Shown: piece by piece, positions 39,733 through 49,598 of the stretch
Numbering within the stretch: the first letter of the stretch is position 1
How the letters are laid out: each line of letters starts with the position of its first letter
Assembly: GCA_023261845.1 (NCBI GenBank)
Contig: JALNJZ010000002.1
Location: 128,001 to 192,000, forward strand
Length of the DNA stretch: 64,000 nt
DNA from: Candidatus Terraquivivens tengchongensis
Lineage (GTDB): Archaea; Thermoproteota; Nitrososphaeria_A; Caldarchaeales; Wolframiiraptoraceae
Direction: 5' to 3'
Notes under the pieces: model-generated
Databases searched by the model: none
What the model saw: only the letters and a program-made list of their open reading frames with translations
Told to the model about the DNA's origin: nothing
Made by a program: the position numbers and the translations under genes

Positions 39733-41262
39733 ATGAGAGTCATGTCGGCTGAGGCGAATTATCTTCTTTTAATGCCAGAGCATAAGTATCCCAGATGTTT
39801 TTGCACCGAAGAAGAAGTAATAATGGCTAAAAGGATACGCGAATTCGTTGACAAAGAAGTCTTGCCCAATAGACAGAATTTAGAGGGTGGGTGGCACCGC
39901 GATGAAGAGTTAGCACATAAGACGTTATTCGATCTGTATTACAAGTGCCATCAGCTAGGGTTAACTATCTCAAACTTACCAAGCGAATACGGCGGTCTAG
40001 CTTTATCACCAATAGTCAGGTACATGATAAATGAAGAACTGTCCCGTGGCGACGTCGGGTTAGCAACTTTGGTGGGTAAAACGCATTGGATAGCGTCGTT
40101 CATGTACAACAGGGTGCAAGTGAGAGAAGATTTGCTTGAGGAGTTTGCGCCCAAATTGACCAGCAATGTTCCGTACATCACATGCGTAAACATCAGCGAG
40201 CCGGAAGGCGGTGCGAATATAGAAGACCCGGCCTTAGAATTGAGGACCTTGAACACAGTAATCGCCAAAAAGGAAGGGGATTTCTGGGTGTTGAATGGGC
40301 ACAAGATTTGGCCCGGACCTGCCGCCGACCCTTCGTATTGGGATAGGTGGCATGAAAAATGGCCAGATAAGTTTGCCGGTCACCTCGGCTACTGGGTTGT
40401 TGTGACCGAGGATCCTAGCAGAGGTGAGGACGCAGCAGGTATGGTATATCATCCATACAATGCCGAGGGCGTCAGGTTTGGTCTACCATACAAAAAGTGC
40501 GGTCTATGTTGGACTGATGAAAACGTCGAGATATGGTACGAAAACGTTAAGGTTCCAGCCAAGTATAGGGTTGACGTCAAGCCGGGAAATGGTGCCAAGA
40601 TAATTCATGGGTATGTTATTGGACCGGGCAGGCTTGCTGCCGCCGCAAGGCTCACGGGAATTGCGACAGCATGTTTGGAGATCGCTCTGGAGTGGACAAA
40701 GAGCAGACAGATTGCAGGAAAACCCGTAAGGGAGAGGTCATACTTCGCATCCATTCTGGCTGACATGTACAGGATGGTTGACTTAGCTAGACAGTATTAT
40801 CTATCAGTCACTTGGCAACTCATGCACCCCGAGATATATGGTGAATCTTGGGAACCACACATGCTCGCAAAGTTTTCGACGGCGCGCTCTTTCGCTGGCG
40901 AAGCTGCTATGTTCTGCGCAAACAAAGCCATGGAGCTCATGAGCTCGTATGGTTACGTATTCGAGATGAACCTCGAGAAATATTATAGAGATTTCAAGAT
41001 CGTGCAAATGTGGCTTGGAGGTGCCCAGAGAGATAGGCTGGATATAGCACAAGGCTTGTATGGCCCGTTCAAGTGGGCTGGTTACGAAGATTGGTTAAGG
41101 GCGAGATGGCCGAAAAAGTTTGCTGACTTAAAGAATATAATCGAAAAGGAGATAGACAAGACACTCAACAGAACCTCGGGAAGTGAAAAAGAAGCTGAGA
41201 AGATAAGGAAAGAGTTAAGCAGGGACATGGAGTACGACATAGACGAGGCGACAAAAGGTTAA
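39733..41262 (+). CDS. Acyl-CoA dehydrogenase-family flavoprotein (atypical active site)
   Basis: PSEYGGL, EELSRGD, SEPEGGA, WVLNGHKIW, RQIAGKPV, YGY..EKYYRDFKI. Confidence 0.85.
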   Translation: MRVMSAEANYLLLMPEHKYPRCFCTEEEVIMAKRIREFVDKEVLPNRQNLEGGWHRDEELAHKTLFDLYYKCHQLGLTISNLPSEYGGLALSPIVRYMINEELSRGDVGLATLVGKTHWIASFMYNRVQVREDLLEEFAPKLTSNVPYITCVNISEPEGGANIEDPALELRTLNTVIAKKEGDFWVLNGHKIWPGPAADPSYWDRWHEKWPDKFAGHLGYWVVVTEDPSRGEDAAGMVYHPYNAEGVRFGLPYKKCGLCWTDENVEIWYENVKVPAKYRVDVKPGNGAKIIHGYVIGPGRLAAAARLTGIATACLEIALEWTKSRQIAGKPVRERSYFASILADMYRMVDLARQYYLSVTWQLMHPEIYGESWEPHMLAKFSTARSFAGEAAMFCANKAMELMSSYGYVFEMNLEKYYRDFKIVQMWLGGAQRDRLDIAQGLYGPFKWAGYEDWLRARWPKKFADLKNIIEKEIDKTLNRTSGSEKEAEKIRKELSRDMEYDIDEATKG

Positions 41263-41264
41263 CA

Positions 41265-41783
41265 TCAACCACAACCATATTTCCTTGCCCACCACTCCGT
41301 CCTAAACTCGCTTTTCGAGCAGTAGCTCGTGAGGATCTTAGCATGTCCGTTTTCCAATAATGCCGCATTCAGATTAACCCCTTCACAAATTACCTTTGCG
41401 ACGACTCTGTTGTATCTATCATAAGGTTGGCCATCGTCTTGGTCTGCTATAGCATGGGTTCCGATAGCACACACCATTTTCGTGAACTCTTTAGCCTCAT
41501 TATAACCCGACTCGTCCTTTTCAGGTGTATTCACTAGTGCGAGTCTTATCCTTATGCCGTCAATCTCTAACGTGTCACCATCTATGACGGCTGTAACCCT
41601 ACCTACGATGCAGAGAGCGCTCCCAGAACATATTTCAGTTTGGGGTGCGGATGTAGTTTGTTCCGTTGTGTTGGAAACAGTGGACTCTATAGCGCCGGGA
41701 ATACTGGATGTTATAGCGAACATTATGAGGTATATCGAGCAGGCCAAAATGATGAGAATTGATATCAATTTTACGAGCTTCAT
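41265..41783 (-). CDS. Thermonuclease (SNase-like) with N-terminal membrane anchor
   Basis: VTAVIDGDTL, IRLALVNTPE, DRYNRVVA, NLNAALLENGHA. Confidence 0.88.
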   Translation of the reverse strand: MKLVKLISILIILACSIYLIMFAITSSIPGAIESTVSNTTEQTTSAPQTEICSGSALCIVGRVTAVIDGDTLEIDGIRIRLALVNTPEKDESGYNEAKEFTKMVCAIGTHAIADQDDGQPYDRYNRVVAKVICEGVNLNAALLENGHAKILTSYCSKSEFRTEWWARKYGCG

Positions 41784-42470
41784 GCGTTCAACACCTTCTG
41801 TGTAACAGGTTCAGGGAAGTCAATGAAATCTGGATTCTTCCATATATAATGCTTTGGTTTCGTCTTGAATAGCGTAATTGCCTCTGCTAAATCTTCAAGC
41901 GAAAACTTCCCCTCTTTTATCCTTCTGGCTAAGCTCGGTTTTGTAAACCTTTCGCTTAATGAATTTTCGATGACCTCCGCAACTTCTTTAATCTGCTTTT
42001 TGCTTAACGCCCTAAGCCAAGATAGGTTATTCTTTTTGCTTTTCGAGAGTTCAACATTTAGCCCCATGCTCTCCAAAAACTCCATCACTCTCTGCTGCTG
42101 TTTATCAAATTCTCTCTCGTATATTATTTCTTTCATGCCAGCATGCTCAAAGAACGGGTTGTACTTTGCCATGACAGCTAACGTCTCGATGTAAGGAACG
42201 TTTACCAAAGGCATGGTCTCCTTAACGAGCTTTACGCCCAAGCCTATGCCGCGATACTTGGGCGCAACGACAACTCTCGCAATTCGTCTAAAGTTATCAT
42301 TTACGTATTTTATTGCTGCTTTGAGCCCATTATGCCGCATCATTTCTCTAATATGTGGTAACGCTATATTTCGCGGTTTTAGATTGAAGTATGACAAAAC
42401 ATATACTACCACGCCAGCAAGCTCGCCACGTATCTCTGCTTTGAATATGTTGGTAATACCAAACGGCCAC
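41780..42470 (-). pseudogene. 5'-truncated GNAT-family acetyltransferase (mobile-element type)
   Basis: IARVVVAPKYRGIGLGVKLVKET, ETLAVMAKYNPFFEHAGM; the upstream part of the track ORF is antisense of the terminase fragment. Confidence 0.6.
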
Positions 42471-42474
42471 GCCC

Positions 42475-42868
42475 TACAAGATTCTCGTCGACCAAAACGG
42501 GCGTTGGCGAATACGTTGCCGAGGACATGCTCAACGTCGGCATACTCAATTTGGAAGGTATCGTCCTTACTGGACCAAAAAAGCTTGAGATAGCGAGCTA
42601 CCTCAAACAAAAAATGCAGGAGAACTGCAAACAAGACAGCAAGGGGAAATGGTCTGGGACGTCTCGGTTACACATACCATATCCAGAGGACAACGAGCTC
42701 ACTAGGAGGATAATCGCCGAGCTAAACGTAGAAAAGTACACGTTGACGAAGGACGGAAACATAAAGTTCTACCATCAAGAGGGCACGCACGACGATGTTT
42801 TCTGGAGCCTCGCCCTTGCAGTTTATGCGAGTGGAAATGCCTATAGGATGAGTATAACGCCGCTCTAA
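42475..42868 (+). mobile_element. Fragment of a viral terminase large subunit (C-terminal nuclease domain)
   Basis: YKILVDQ/TGVGEYVAEDM (1-nt frameshift near 42496) and HQEGTHDDVFWSLALAVYA, typical TerL RNase H-like motifs. Confidence 0.7.
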
Positions 42869-42917
42869 CGATTTAAGAATTGCAAGAAAATGTAGGGGTG
42901 ATGAGCATTGGCAAAGT

Positions 42918-44069
42918 TTACATCAAACCGATCTGCTCCGCTATCAGCTGGGAAACGTCGACAACCCTTCTACCATTCTGTTGCGAAGACGCGACCTGCA
43001 ATAAGGTTTGAACACACGTCGGACATGCCGTCGTTATCACCTTTGCATTCGTAGATGCAAGCACCTCGAACCTCTTTTTGGATATGCGTTCTGCTGTGGA
43101 CGGGTAAGTAACCTTTAGCAGGCCCCCTCCACCGCAGCAATAGAAATATGAACCATTATTTTCAGGATATACTACATTCGCTATGCTACTTAGCACATTC
43201 TTTGGTTCCTTTACGATTCCGCATATTCTCGAAAGCTCGCAGGGCTCATGATACGTTACCGTTACGTCTAACCTCGGTATTTTCAGCCTCTCTTTCTCGA
43301 GACAGTTGTTAAGAAATTCCGTGAAATGAAGGACCTCAAAGTTAAGTTTTCTTCCAAGCAGCTTCGGATACTCATACTTCAGAGCTAGGTAACATCCTGG
43401 ACATCCGGTAACTACCTTCTTAGAACCAACAGAAGATATTTCCTTGATGTTGTGCTCTGCGAGGCTTTTCGCCTCCTTTAATGCGCCTGCGAGGACGAGC
43501 GGGTGCCCACAACACCATTCGTCCTTCAATACTGTCCAATCCTCATTTAAATAGTTCAGTATACCCGTCACGGCCTGCGCTATTGTCTGTACCATTCCTG
43601 AAAATGATGTAACGCATCCCACAAAATATACGAGGTCCGCCGAATCTTTGATTTTGACGTCAGCATCTGTGTACATTATCCAATCATTCCTAGATGCGTT
43701 GTCCGCTGTGTAAACGTTCTTATACTCAAGTATTGCGTTGGAAAACCTTTTTATGGTGTCGGGGACCATACCAAGCTCAAAAAGTTTCTGTCTTGCCAGC
43801 AAAGATACCTCTCCTATGTTTATGCCTTGAGGACACTTGTATGCGCAAGAGCAGCACGTAGAACATTTATAGAACTTCTCTGATAACTTGATTGTTGGTT
43901 GCAACTCTCCTTTCATAAGGGCTAAGAAAAGCGTTTTACGTCCGCGTGGGCTAACCGATTCATCATAGTTTTCTACCTCTACAATTGGACATATCGAGCG
44001 ACAGAAGCCGCAATGTTCGCAGAAGTTAAGCTTTTTAAGCACGTCTTCCGCAGTAATTTCAAGCGGCAA
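42918..44069 (-). CDS. Fe-S oxidoreductase, GlcF/HdrD-like (2x[4Fe-4S] plus CCG domains)
   Basis: CEHCGFCRSICP, CSTCCSCAYKCP, WCCG, GCPGC, YHEPC, CCGGGG, ACPTC. Confidence 0.88.
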   Translation of the reverse strand: MPLEITAEDVLKKLNFCEHCGFCRSICPIVEVENYDESVSPRGRKTLFLALMKGELQPTIKLSEKFYKCSTCCSCAYKCPQGINIGEVSLLARQKLFELGMVPDTIKRFSNAILEYKNVYTADNASRNDWIMYTDADVKIKDSADLVYFVGCVTSFSGMVQTIAQAVTGILNYLNEDWTVLKDEWCCGHPLVLAGALKEAKSLAEHNIKEISSVGSKKVVTGCPGCYLALKYEYPKLLGRKLNFEVLHFTEFLNNCLEKERLKIPRLDVTVTYHEPCELSRICGIVKEPKNVLSSIANVVYPENNGSYFYCCGGGGLLKVTYPSTAERISKKRFEVLASTNAKVITTACPTCVQTLLQVASSQQNGRRVVDVSQLIAEQIGLM

Positions 44070-44103
44070 TTTACGTCACTCATTACTTATGAAAATCTTC
44101 CAT

Positions 44104-45378
44104 TTAATTTACCTTACTTTTTAGACGATTTATCATCACCGAAAAAGCGAATGAGGTAGCGAACGAAGGAAGGCTTGCACCCAGTTCCGGTATTAACGTC
44201 ACGACCACGATGTAGGCTGCTATACCAAAGAACCAGGCCAGCATGTTATCTAGCCTTATAGCTTTAGCTTTTTCGTAAAACTCCTCCAGCGTGATAGAAG
44301 ACCGTCTCCTATTCACAAAGAACTCAGCCGAGACGACGCCGAGAAGTGGGACGAATAGGGCACCTATCATAAGCAGGAAGCTTTCGTACTCTACAAGAGG
44401 AACACTTATGGCAAGCGCTATACTAACGCCGGCCACGAGGGCTATAAACCTCCACTGTCTGACCTTCGGGAATATGTTCTGGAACGAGACGGCGGACGAG
44501 TATATATCAGCAAAGCAGTTATCAGTCTCGTCGACCAATATAAGCATCAGCGCAACCCATCCAAAGAATAAGGCACCTATGGATGCTACAACATCCTCTA
44601 TGCCCAAAAGCACGACTAATGCCGCTCCTAGGACGTAGAACCATGTGTTGGAGATCGTATATCCAGCGACAGTTCCGAAGAATGCTGAGTGAGGCCTCTT
44701 AGCAAACCTGTTATAATCAGATATCAGCGGCCACCACGATATCGGCATGACTATTACGAGGTCCAAAGCAAGGAGCAAAGGTATGGCGCTATCGCTACGA
44801 GAGAAGACCCAGCTCCAGAAGTCACCAGAACTGAATACATGATAGGTTATCCAGATCGTCGAGCCGTAGACCAACCATATCGCAACCCTCTCCAACCACT
44901 TCCTTACAACCACCAGAGGTCCGCCGAGCGCAAGTATCATGCACCAGACACCAAAGAAGACAACCCAGAAGCTGTAGGATATTGGGCCGAATATGCTCGA
45001 TGTTAGTAGCGTGGCTGCCTGCGCCATTATCATGAGCTCGAATGCAGTCCAGCCTATCAACTGCACGATGTTAAGTGTCGTCGGAAAGTAGGATGCCTTA
45101 ATGCCGAGCACAGGCCTTAGGCTTACCATCGTAGGCACACCGTACCTGCTGCCCACGATTCCAGGAAGCGCTAGCATGATGCTGCCTATTATGGAGCCGA
45201 ATAACGAAACGAGGAGCACCTCAGAGAATGAGAGACCTTTCAGCAACGAGCCAGCCAAGAGGACGAGTAGCCCGACACCCAAGCTCGACCAAAGGACGAA
45301 GTAGTCCAAGAATCCGAGAACCTTTGCATCCTTTGGTACAGGTTCAGTTCCCCACTCCGGTGGAAGTTTGACTTTCAT
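44104..45378 (-). CDS. NCS1-family purine/cytosine or hydroxymethylpyrimidine permease (CytX-like)
   Basis: LNIVQLIGWTAFE, MPISWWPLISDYNRFA, ADIYSSAVS; about 12 TM helices. Confidence 0.85.
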   Translation of the reverse strand: MKVKLPPEWGTEPVPKDAKVLGFLDYFVLWSSLGVGLLVLLAGSLLKGLSFSEVLLVSLFGSIIGSIMLALPGIVGSRYGVPTMVSLRPVLGIKASYFPTTLNIVQLIGWTAFELMIMAQAATLLTSSIFGPISYSFWVVFFGVWCMILALGGPLVVVRKWLERVAIWLVYGSTIWITYHVFSSGDFWSWVFSRSDSAIPLLLALDLVIVMPISWWPLISDYNRFAKRPHSAFFGTVAGYTISNTWFYVLGAALVVLLGIEDVVASIGALFFGWVALMLILVDETDNCFADIYSSAVSFQNIFPKVRQWRFIALVAGVSIALAISVPLVEYESFLLMIGALFVPLLGVVSAEFFVNRRRSSITLEEFYEKAKAIRLDNMLAWFFGIAAYIVVVTLIPELGASLPSFATSFAFSVMINRLKSKVN

Positions 45379-45480
45379 AGTTTATTCAACGAGACCGCTA
45401 CTGTGGGATTGTTATAAATGTTTTAATAAGCGGCTTATTGCAAAAATTGTTTGAAGTTGATACGAACGTGGTAACTGTCT

Positions 45481-46053
45481 TCACTCGACCTTGATGCTAA
45501 TACCCTTCGGCTTGCCCTTCTTCTTGTTGAGGACGACCTCCAAGACACCGTTCTTATACGTAGCCTTAGCACCCTCGGACTCAACCTCTTCTGGCAGCTC
45601 AACTTCTTTGTAGTACTTCCTCTCGGGCGTGTCCACCTTTATTATCAACGTCTTCTCGGTAACGTTCAGTTGGATGTCGTTCTTGTCAACACCAGGCAAC
45701 TCGGCTACTACCCTTATCACGTTCTCCTCGGGTATGACATCGACCAGAGGCTCCCTCTCGCCCTTGAGTTCTAACGGTCTTCTGCCGAGCCTAGGCTTTA
45801 TGTTGCCAAACTCTCTTATGATGGGCCTTCCATCGGGTCCTATTGTGATCGAGTAACCATAAACGAATGGACCTATAATCCTCTCTACGCCCTTCTCAGT
45901 CCTTCTCTCTTTTACGAGTTCTTTGGGAACCATCTCCTCGATCCTCTTGAACTCTTCCTCAAACTCCCTGAAGAAATCCTCCCAGTATCTCTCAAAAAAG
46001 CCGAAAGGGAAGCGTCTAAATCTTCTGAAAAATTCATCCCATTCGTTTGACAA
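45481..46053 (-). CDS. hsp20: Archaeal small heat-shock protein Hsp20
   Basis: GPFVYGYSITIGPDGRPIIREFGN, VAELPGVDK, ATYKNGVLEV. Confidence 0.95.
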   Translation of the reverse strand: MSNEWDEFFRRFRRFPFGFFERYWEDFFREFEEEFKRIEEMVPKELVKERRTEKGVERIIGPFVYGYSITIGPDGRPIIREFGNIKPRLGRRPLELKGEREPLVDVIPEENVIRVVAELPGVDKNDIQLNVTEKTLIIKVDTPERKYYKEVELPEEVESEGAKATYKNGVLEVVLNKKKGKPKGISIKVE

Positions 46054-46124
46054 AATAAAACCACCTCAAGTTAGTTAAAGTATATCCTCTCGTTAATAAA
46101 TTTAACTTAAAAGCATGAGGCTGC

Positions 46125-47150
46125 CTACCTTATACTGCTCGTCGCTTTAGAGAAGAATATCTTGATGATATCGGCCATCCTAACTTCGACACCTATGTGC
46201 CCCTCCTCGCGCTTCATGTAGCGAAATACTTTGAGCAACTTTGAGAAGTCTCTGGCAAAGCTAAACCTGCCGCTTATCTTATCCGCAACGACGTCAAATA
46301 CTTCTTTGTACGGAGAGAACCTTCTTAGAACCTCTGCGGTATATGCTTCTAGGTCTTGGACGTTCTTCAAGAAAATTTCAGCGCAGTAAAGGCTCGGTAT
46401 TATGCCCTCGCCGAGTACGGATAAAACCGTTCCTATGCTTTCGCCAACGCCCACGACCTTTCCGGCGTAGTAAGGCTGACACATCGGTGGCGGTGTTATC
46501 CTAAGAGGTCTGCCGACCCTTTTGACAATCTCGCCTCCATGCTCTCGCATGAAAGCGTCTAAGAAGTATCTCTGCCTTCCAAAGTAGTCCCCGCAACCAA
46601 CATGAGCGTAGGAGTCTCCAAGCGGGAAGAACCAGATGTAGCCAGCATTCATCGGCTTTATGTAAAAGTCATCTATCGGCATCTTGTTATACTTTACTTT
46701 GTACTCAAGCGTGTGGATTATGTAGTCTTTGCTGAGTTTTGGTAGCAGAGCCCTCGGGAACCCGGTCGAGTCTATTATGAGGTCGTACTCGTCATTAAGC
46801 TGCTCAGTGCTCTTGATGTGAACACCAAACTTTACGTTATGTCCGTCCACCAAGTCCCTTTCAAGGGATAGCTTATCGAACGTACATAGGCCTTTGAGCT
46901 TCATCCAGAAACGCGAGCTTCCGAGGTCAACGCACATCTCCTTGCCTTTGTAGAAGACATAATCTTCAAAGTTCAAGCCGACGGGCGAAAGGAGCTTCTG
47001 CATCTCGCTACCGGAGGTAGCCCACGCACAAGGCGGGTAGTAATCCGCGTAGCTGCACATCTCAAACCCGACGACCTCGTACTCAGTCGAGAGCCTGGAG
47101 ACAAGATAGGAGCCTGCCACACCAAGCCCGACGACGGCGATTTTACGCAT
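46125..47150 (-). CDS. FAD-dependent oxidoreductase, geranylgeranyl-reductase-like
   Basis: VVGLGVAG, GYIWFFP, GVGESIGTV..LGEGI. Confidence 0.8.
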   Translation of the reverse strand: MRKIAVVGLGVAGSYLVSRLSTEYEVVGFEMCSYADYYPPCAWATSGSEMQKLLSPVGLNFEDYVFYKGKEMCVDLGSSRFWMKLKGLCTFDKLSLERDLVDGHNVKFGVHIKSTEQLNDEYDLIIDSTGFPRALLPKLSKDYIIHTLEYKVKYNKMPIDDFYIKPMNAGYIWFFPLGDSYAHVGCGDYFGRQRYFLDAFMREHGGEIVKRVGRPLRITPPPMCQPYYAGKVVGVGESIGTVLSVLGEGIIPSLYCAEIFLKNVQDLEAYTAEVLRRFSPYKEVFDVVADKISGRFSFARDFSKLLKVFRYMKREEGHIGVEVRMADIIKIFFSKATSSIR

Positions 47151-47247
47151 GGTCCGGCGTGAAATTATAAATTACCACCTTAAATTTTTAAATCGAGATA
47201 AAACATTTTAATAGACGAATTCCGAGATTACCCCTAGAACTTCATGC

Positions 47248-47334
47248 GGGCCCGTAGCTCAGCATGGTTAGAGCGGCAGTTGTCGGCCGAGGCTCATAAC
47301 CTGTAGGTCCTGGGTTCGAGTCCCAGCGGGCCCA
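47248..47334 (+). tRNA. tRNA with CAT anticodon, probably tRNA-Ile2, carrying a 12-nt intron at position 30/31
   Basis: GGGCCCG/CGGGCCC-A acceptor, D arm GCTC/GAGC, anticodon stem GCAG^G/CCTGT with loop CTCATAA, T arm CTGGG-TTCGAGT-CCCAG; 75 nt after removing 47280-47291. Confidence 0.88.
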
Positions 47335-47379
47335 TAACTTCATTATGTTTTTAATGCCGGTCATCTACCTTGACCTTGT

Positions 47380-48143
47380 ATGAAACCTAGTGTTTTTGTG
47401 GGCTGTTGCGGCTGGGCTATAAAGGGTGGTAAGCAAGCATACTATAACCGCCTTAAGACGATAGAGCTCCAGGAGACTTTTTACAAGCTACCAAAGCTGG
47501 ATACTGTAAGGAAATGGAAGGAGTCGGCACCAAAGGACTTCATCTTCAATATGAAAGCTTGGCAGGTGGTAACGCACCCCCGAGTAGTGCGACTTGGAGA
47601 AAGGCAGGCATCAAGGTTCCGGAGGGTGTAAAGGAAAATTATGGAAACCTAAAACCAACGAAGGAGAACTTCGAAGCTTGGAACAAGACCGTCGAGGTGG
47701 CGAAAGTTATCGAAGCGGCTGTCGTTGTGGTACAAACACCGCCTTCGTTCGGTTACACCGAGAAGAACTTCGAAAATGTAGATAAGTTCTTCAGCAAAAT
47801 ACAGCGTGAATGTTTCGAGATAGGCTGGGAGCCAAGGGGCAGCTGGCGCGAGAAGCCGGACGCGGTTAAGGAGCTTTGTGAAAGGCACAGCTTGATACAT
47901 ATAACGGACATATTCCGCTGGAGACCCGTCCGCAAACATAAGTTGTTCTACACAAGGCTGCACGGTATAGGTAGCGGTGAGGTGAACTATTCATACAAGT
48001 ACACGGACGACGACTTGGCCAAGCTGAGGCAGATGGTCGCAGATGAATCAGAAGGTAGGGATGCGTGCTACGTGTTGTTCAACAACATTTCGATGGCCGA
48101 CGACGCTTTGAGGTTCAAGCAACTTTTAGAAGCATTTATTTAG
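47380..48143 (+). pseudogene. DUF72-family protein split by a frameshift in a C5 run (47577-47581)
   Basis: VGCCGW, IELQETFY, KAWQVVTH in the first frame; PSSATW..QTPPSF, WEPRG, RLHG, YVLFNN in the second frame. Confidence 0.75.
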
Positions 48144-48158
48144 CTGTATGCACGCCTT

Positions 48159-49598
48159 ATGGGAAGGCAAGGATTAATGGCCGAGTACGAAGACCTAGTC
48201 AAAAGGATACTGAGAAGGAGACCGGAGCTTTCCGAGGAAGAGTTAGAGAAGAAGGTAGAGGAGAAACTGAGAAATTCGCCGATGCTTAGCAAGCTTGGAG
48301 CACTTCTGCTCTTGGCAGATGAGTTAGGGGTTCTTGAGACGCCAGGATGTTCTGCATCAACTTTTGATACGAGCGAATTTACAAGAATATCGTCGCTTGT
48401 CTCAGGGCTGAACGACGTCTCGCTCTATGTCAGAATTATAGCAGTCTCACCACTCGTCAGGCTAAACGGTAGGTCCGTCCTAAGGATGAAGGTCGGCGAT
48501 GAAACGGGTAAGACATCGGTCGTTGCATGGGAACAGAAGGCGGAGGAGCTAGCGACTATAGGACTATCTCCCGGCATGGTCGTCGTGATTATGCATGCCT
48601 ACACGAGAAGCGGTCCTGATGGCAAACCTGAGATACATATAGGGAAGAATAGCTCAGTAAAGGTCGTTGAAGACTTGGGAACCCTGCCGCATGTCGAGAG
48701 CTTCTTCATTCCGGCAAGCAAGGCCTCAAAAACCGAAACGTTCGATATAAAGGGGACGCTCGTCATGACTGGCGAGCTAAGGTCCATCCAGACAAAGTCT
48801 GGTACGGTGAGCATGGTTGAGGCGTTTCTGGCCGATGAATATGGTGAGGCCATTTTGGTAGCGTGGAGGGATAAGGTGGAGCTGATAACGAATACCGCGC
48901 CCGGAACAGAACTCATGCTAACCGACGTCAGATTCAAGGGAGGACAGCTCCAGACAACCATTAGGACATGTATCGCTAAAGCTGCCAAAAGTAAACTGGA
49001 CCTATCAAAGTTGATGACAGAATCCAAGAGGTTGATGAACAACAAGGTCCTTAGGGTACTTGATGTGATCAAACAACGAGACTTCATAGTGTTCATAGTT
49101 TCTGAAGGTGTATGGGTTTATAGACTTCTAAGCAGTTCGCTGGTCGGCGTTGATGTTAAGAAAGGTGATGCAATCCGTGTAATCAAAGGCTTCGTGTCAG
49201 AGAGGAATGGCAGGAAGACGATTGTAACACCAGAATATGGGGTAATGGCGGCAACGGATGAAGATGCAAGAAAGGTTCCGATGGTTGATAGAAAGAGAAG
49301 GCTTGCAGATATAAGTGGTGAGGAGTCTGACATAATAGTCGAGGGAATACTTCACACGAAGACCCCGCTGGGAGCTGTCGAGACGAAGTTCGGCAGGGCT
49401 GAAAAGATAAGCTTCTGGTTAAGGGATGGCGAGACTACGGTGCTCTGCTCAGCGTGGAGGTCTAAAGCTAGGGAGATAGATTCCATACCGATAGGTAAGC
49501 GGATTCAGTTGCGCTGGGTCAGGGTCAGGCAGAACGTCTTTGGCGAGCTTGAGATAGCCGTTGAAAAGGATACAAAGGTAGTCGTGCTGGAAGCATGA
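48159..49598 (+). CDS. Replication protein A-like multi-OB-fold ssDNA-binding protein
   Basis: GALLLLADELGV N-terminus; repeated OB motifs VGDETGKTSVVAW, LADEYGEAILVAW, LRDGETTVLCSAW. Confidence 0.8.
   Translation: MGRQGLMAEYEDLVKRILRRRPELSEEELEKKVEEKLRNSPMLSKLGALLLLADELGVLETPGCSASTFDTSEFTRISSLVSGLNDVSLYVRIIAVSPLVRLNGRSVLRMKVGDETGKTSVVAWEQKAEELATIGLSPGMVVVIMHAYTRSGPDGKPEIHIGKNSSVKVVEDLGTLPHVESFFIPASKASKTETFDIKGTLVMTGELRSIQTKSGTVSMVEAFLADEYGEAILVAWRDKVELITNTAPGTELMLTDVRFKGGQLQTTIRTCIAKAAKSKLDLSKLMTESKRLMNNKVLRVLDVIKQRDFIVFIVSEGVWVYRLLSSSLVGVDVKKGDAIRVIKGFVSERNGRKTIVTPEYGVMAATDEDARKVPMVDRKRRLADISGEESDIIVEGILHTKTPLGAVETKFGRAEKISFWLRDGETTVLCSAWRSKAREIDSIPIGKRIQLRWVRVRQNVFGELEIAVEKDTKVVVLEA

Noticed and set aside
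34903-42900. Intact tRNA-Arg-integrated element
   Set aside because: No integrase and no duplicated tRNA segment (att) visible near the right end; the region lies on the 5' side of the tRNA
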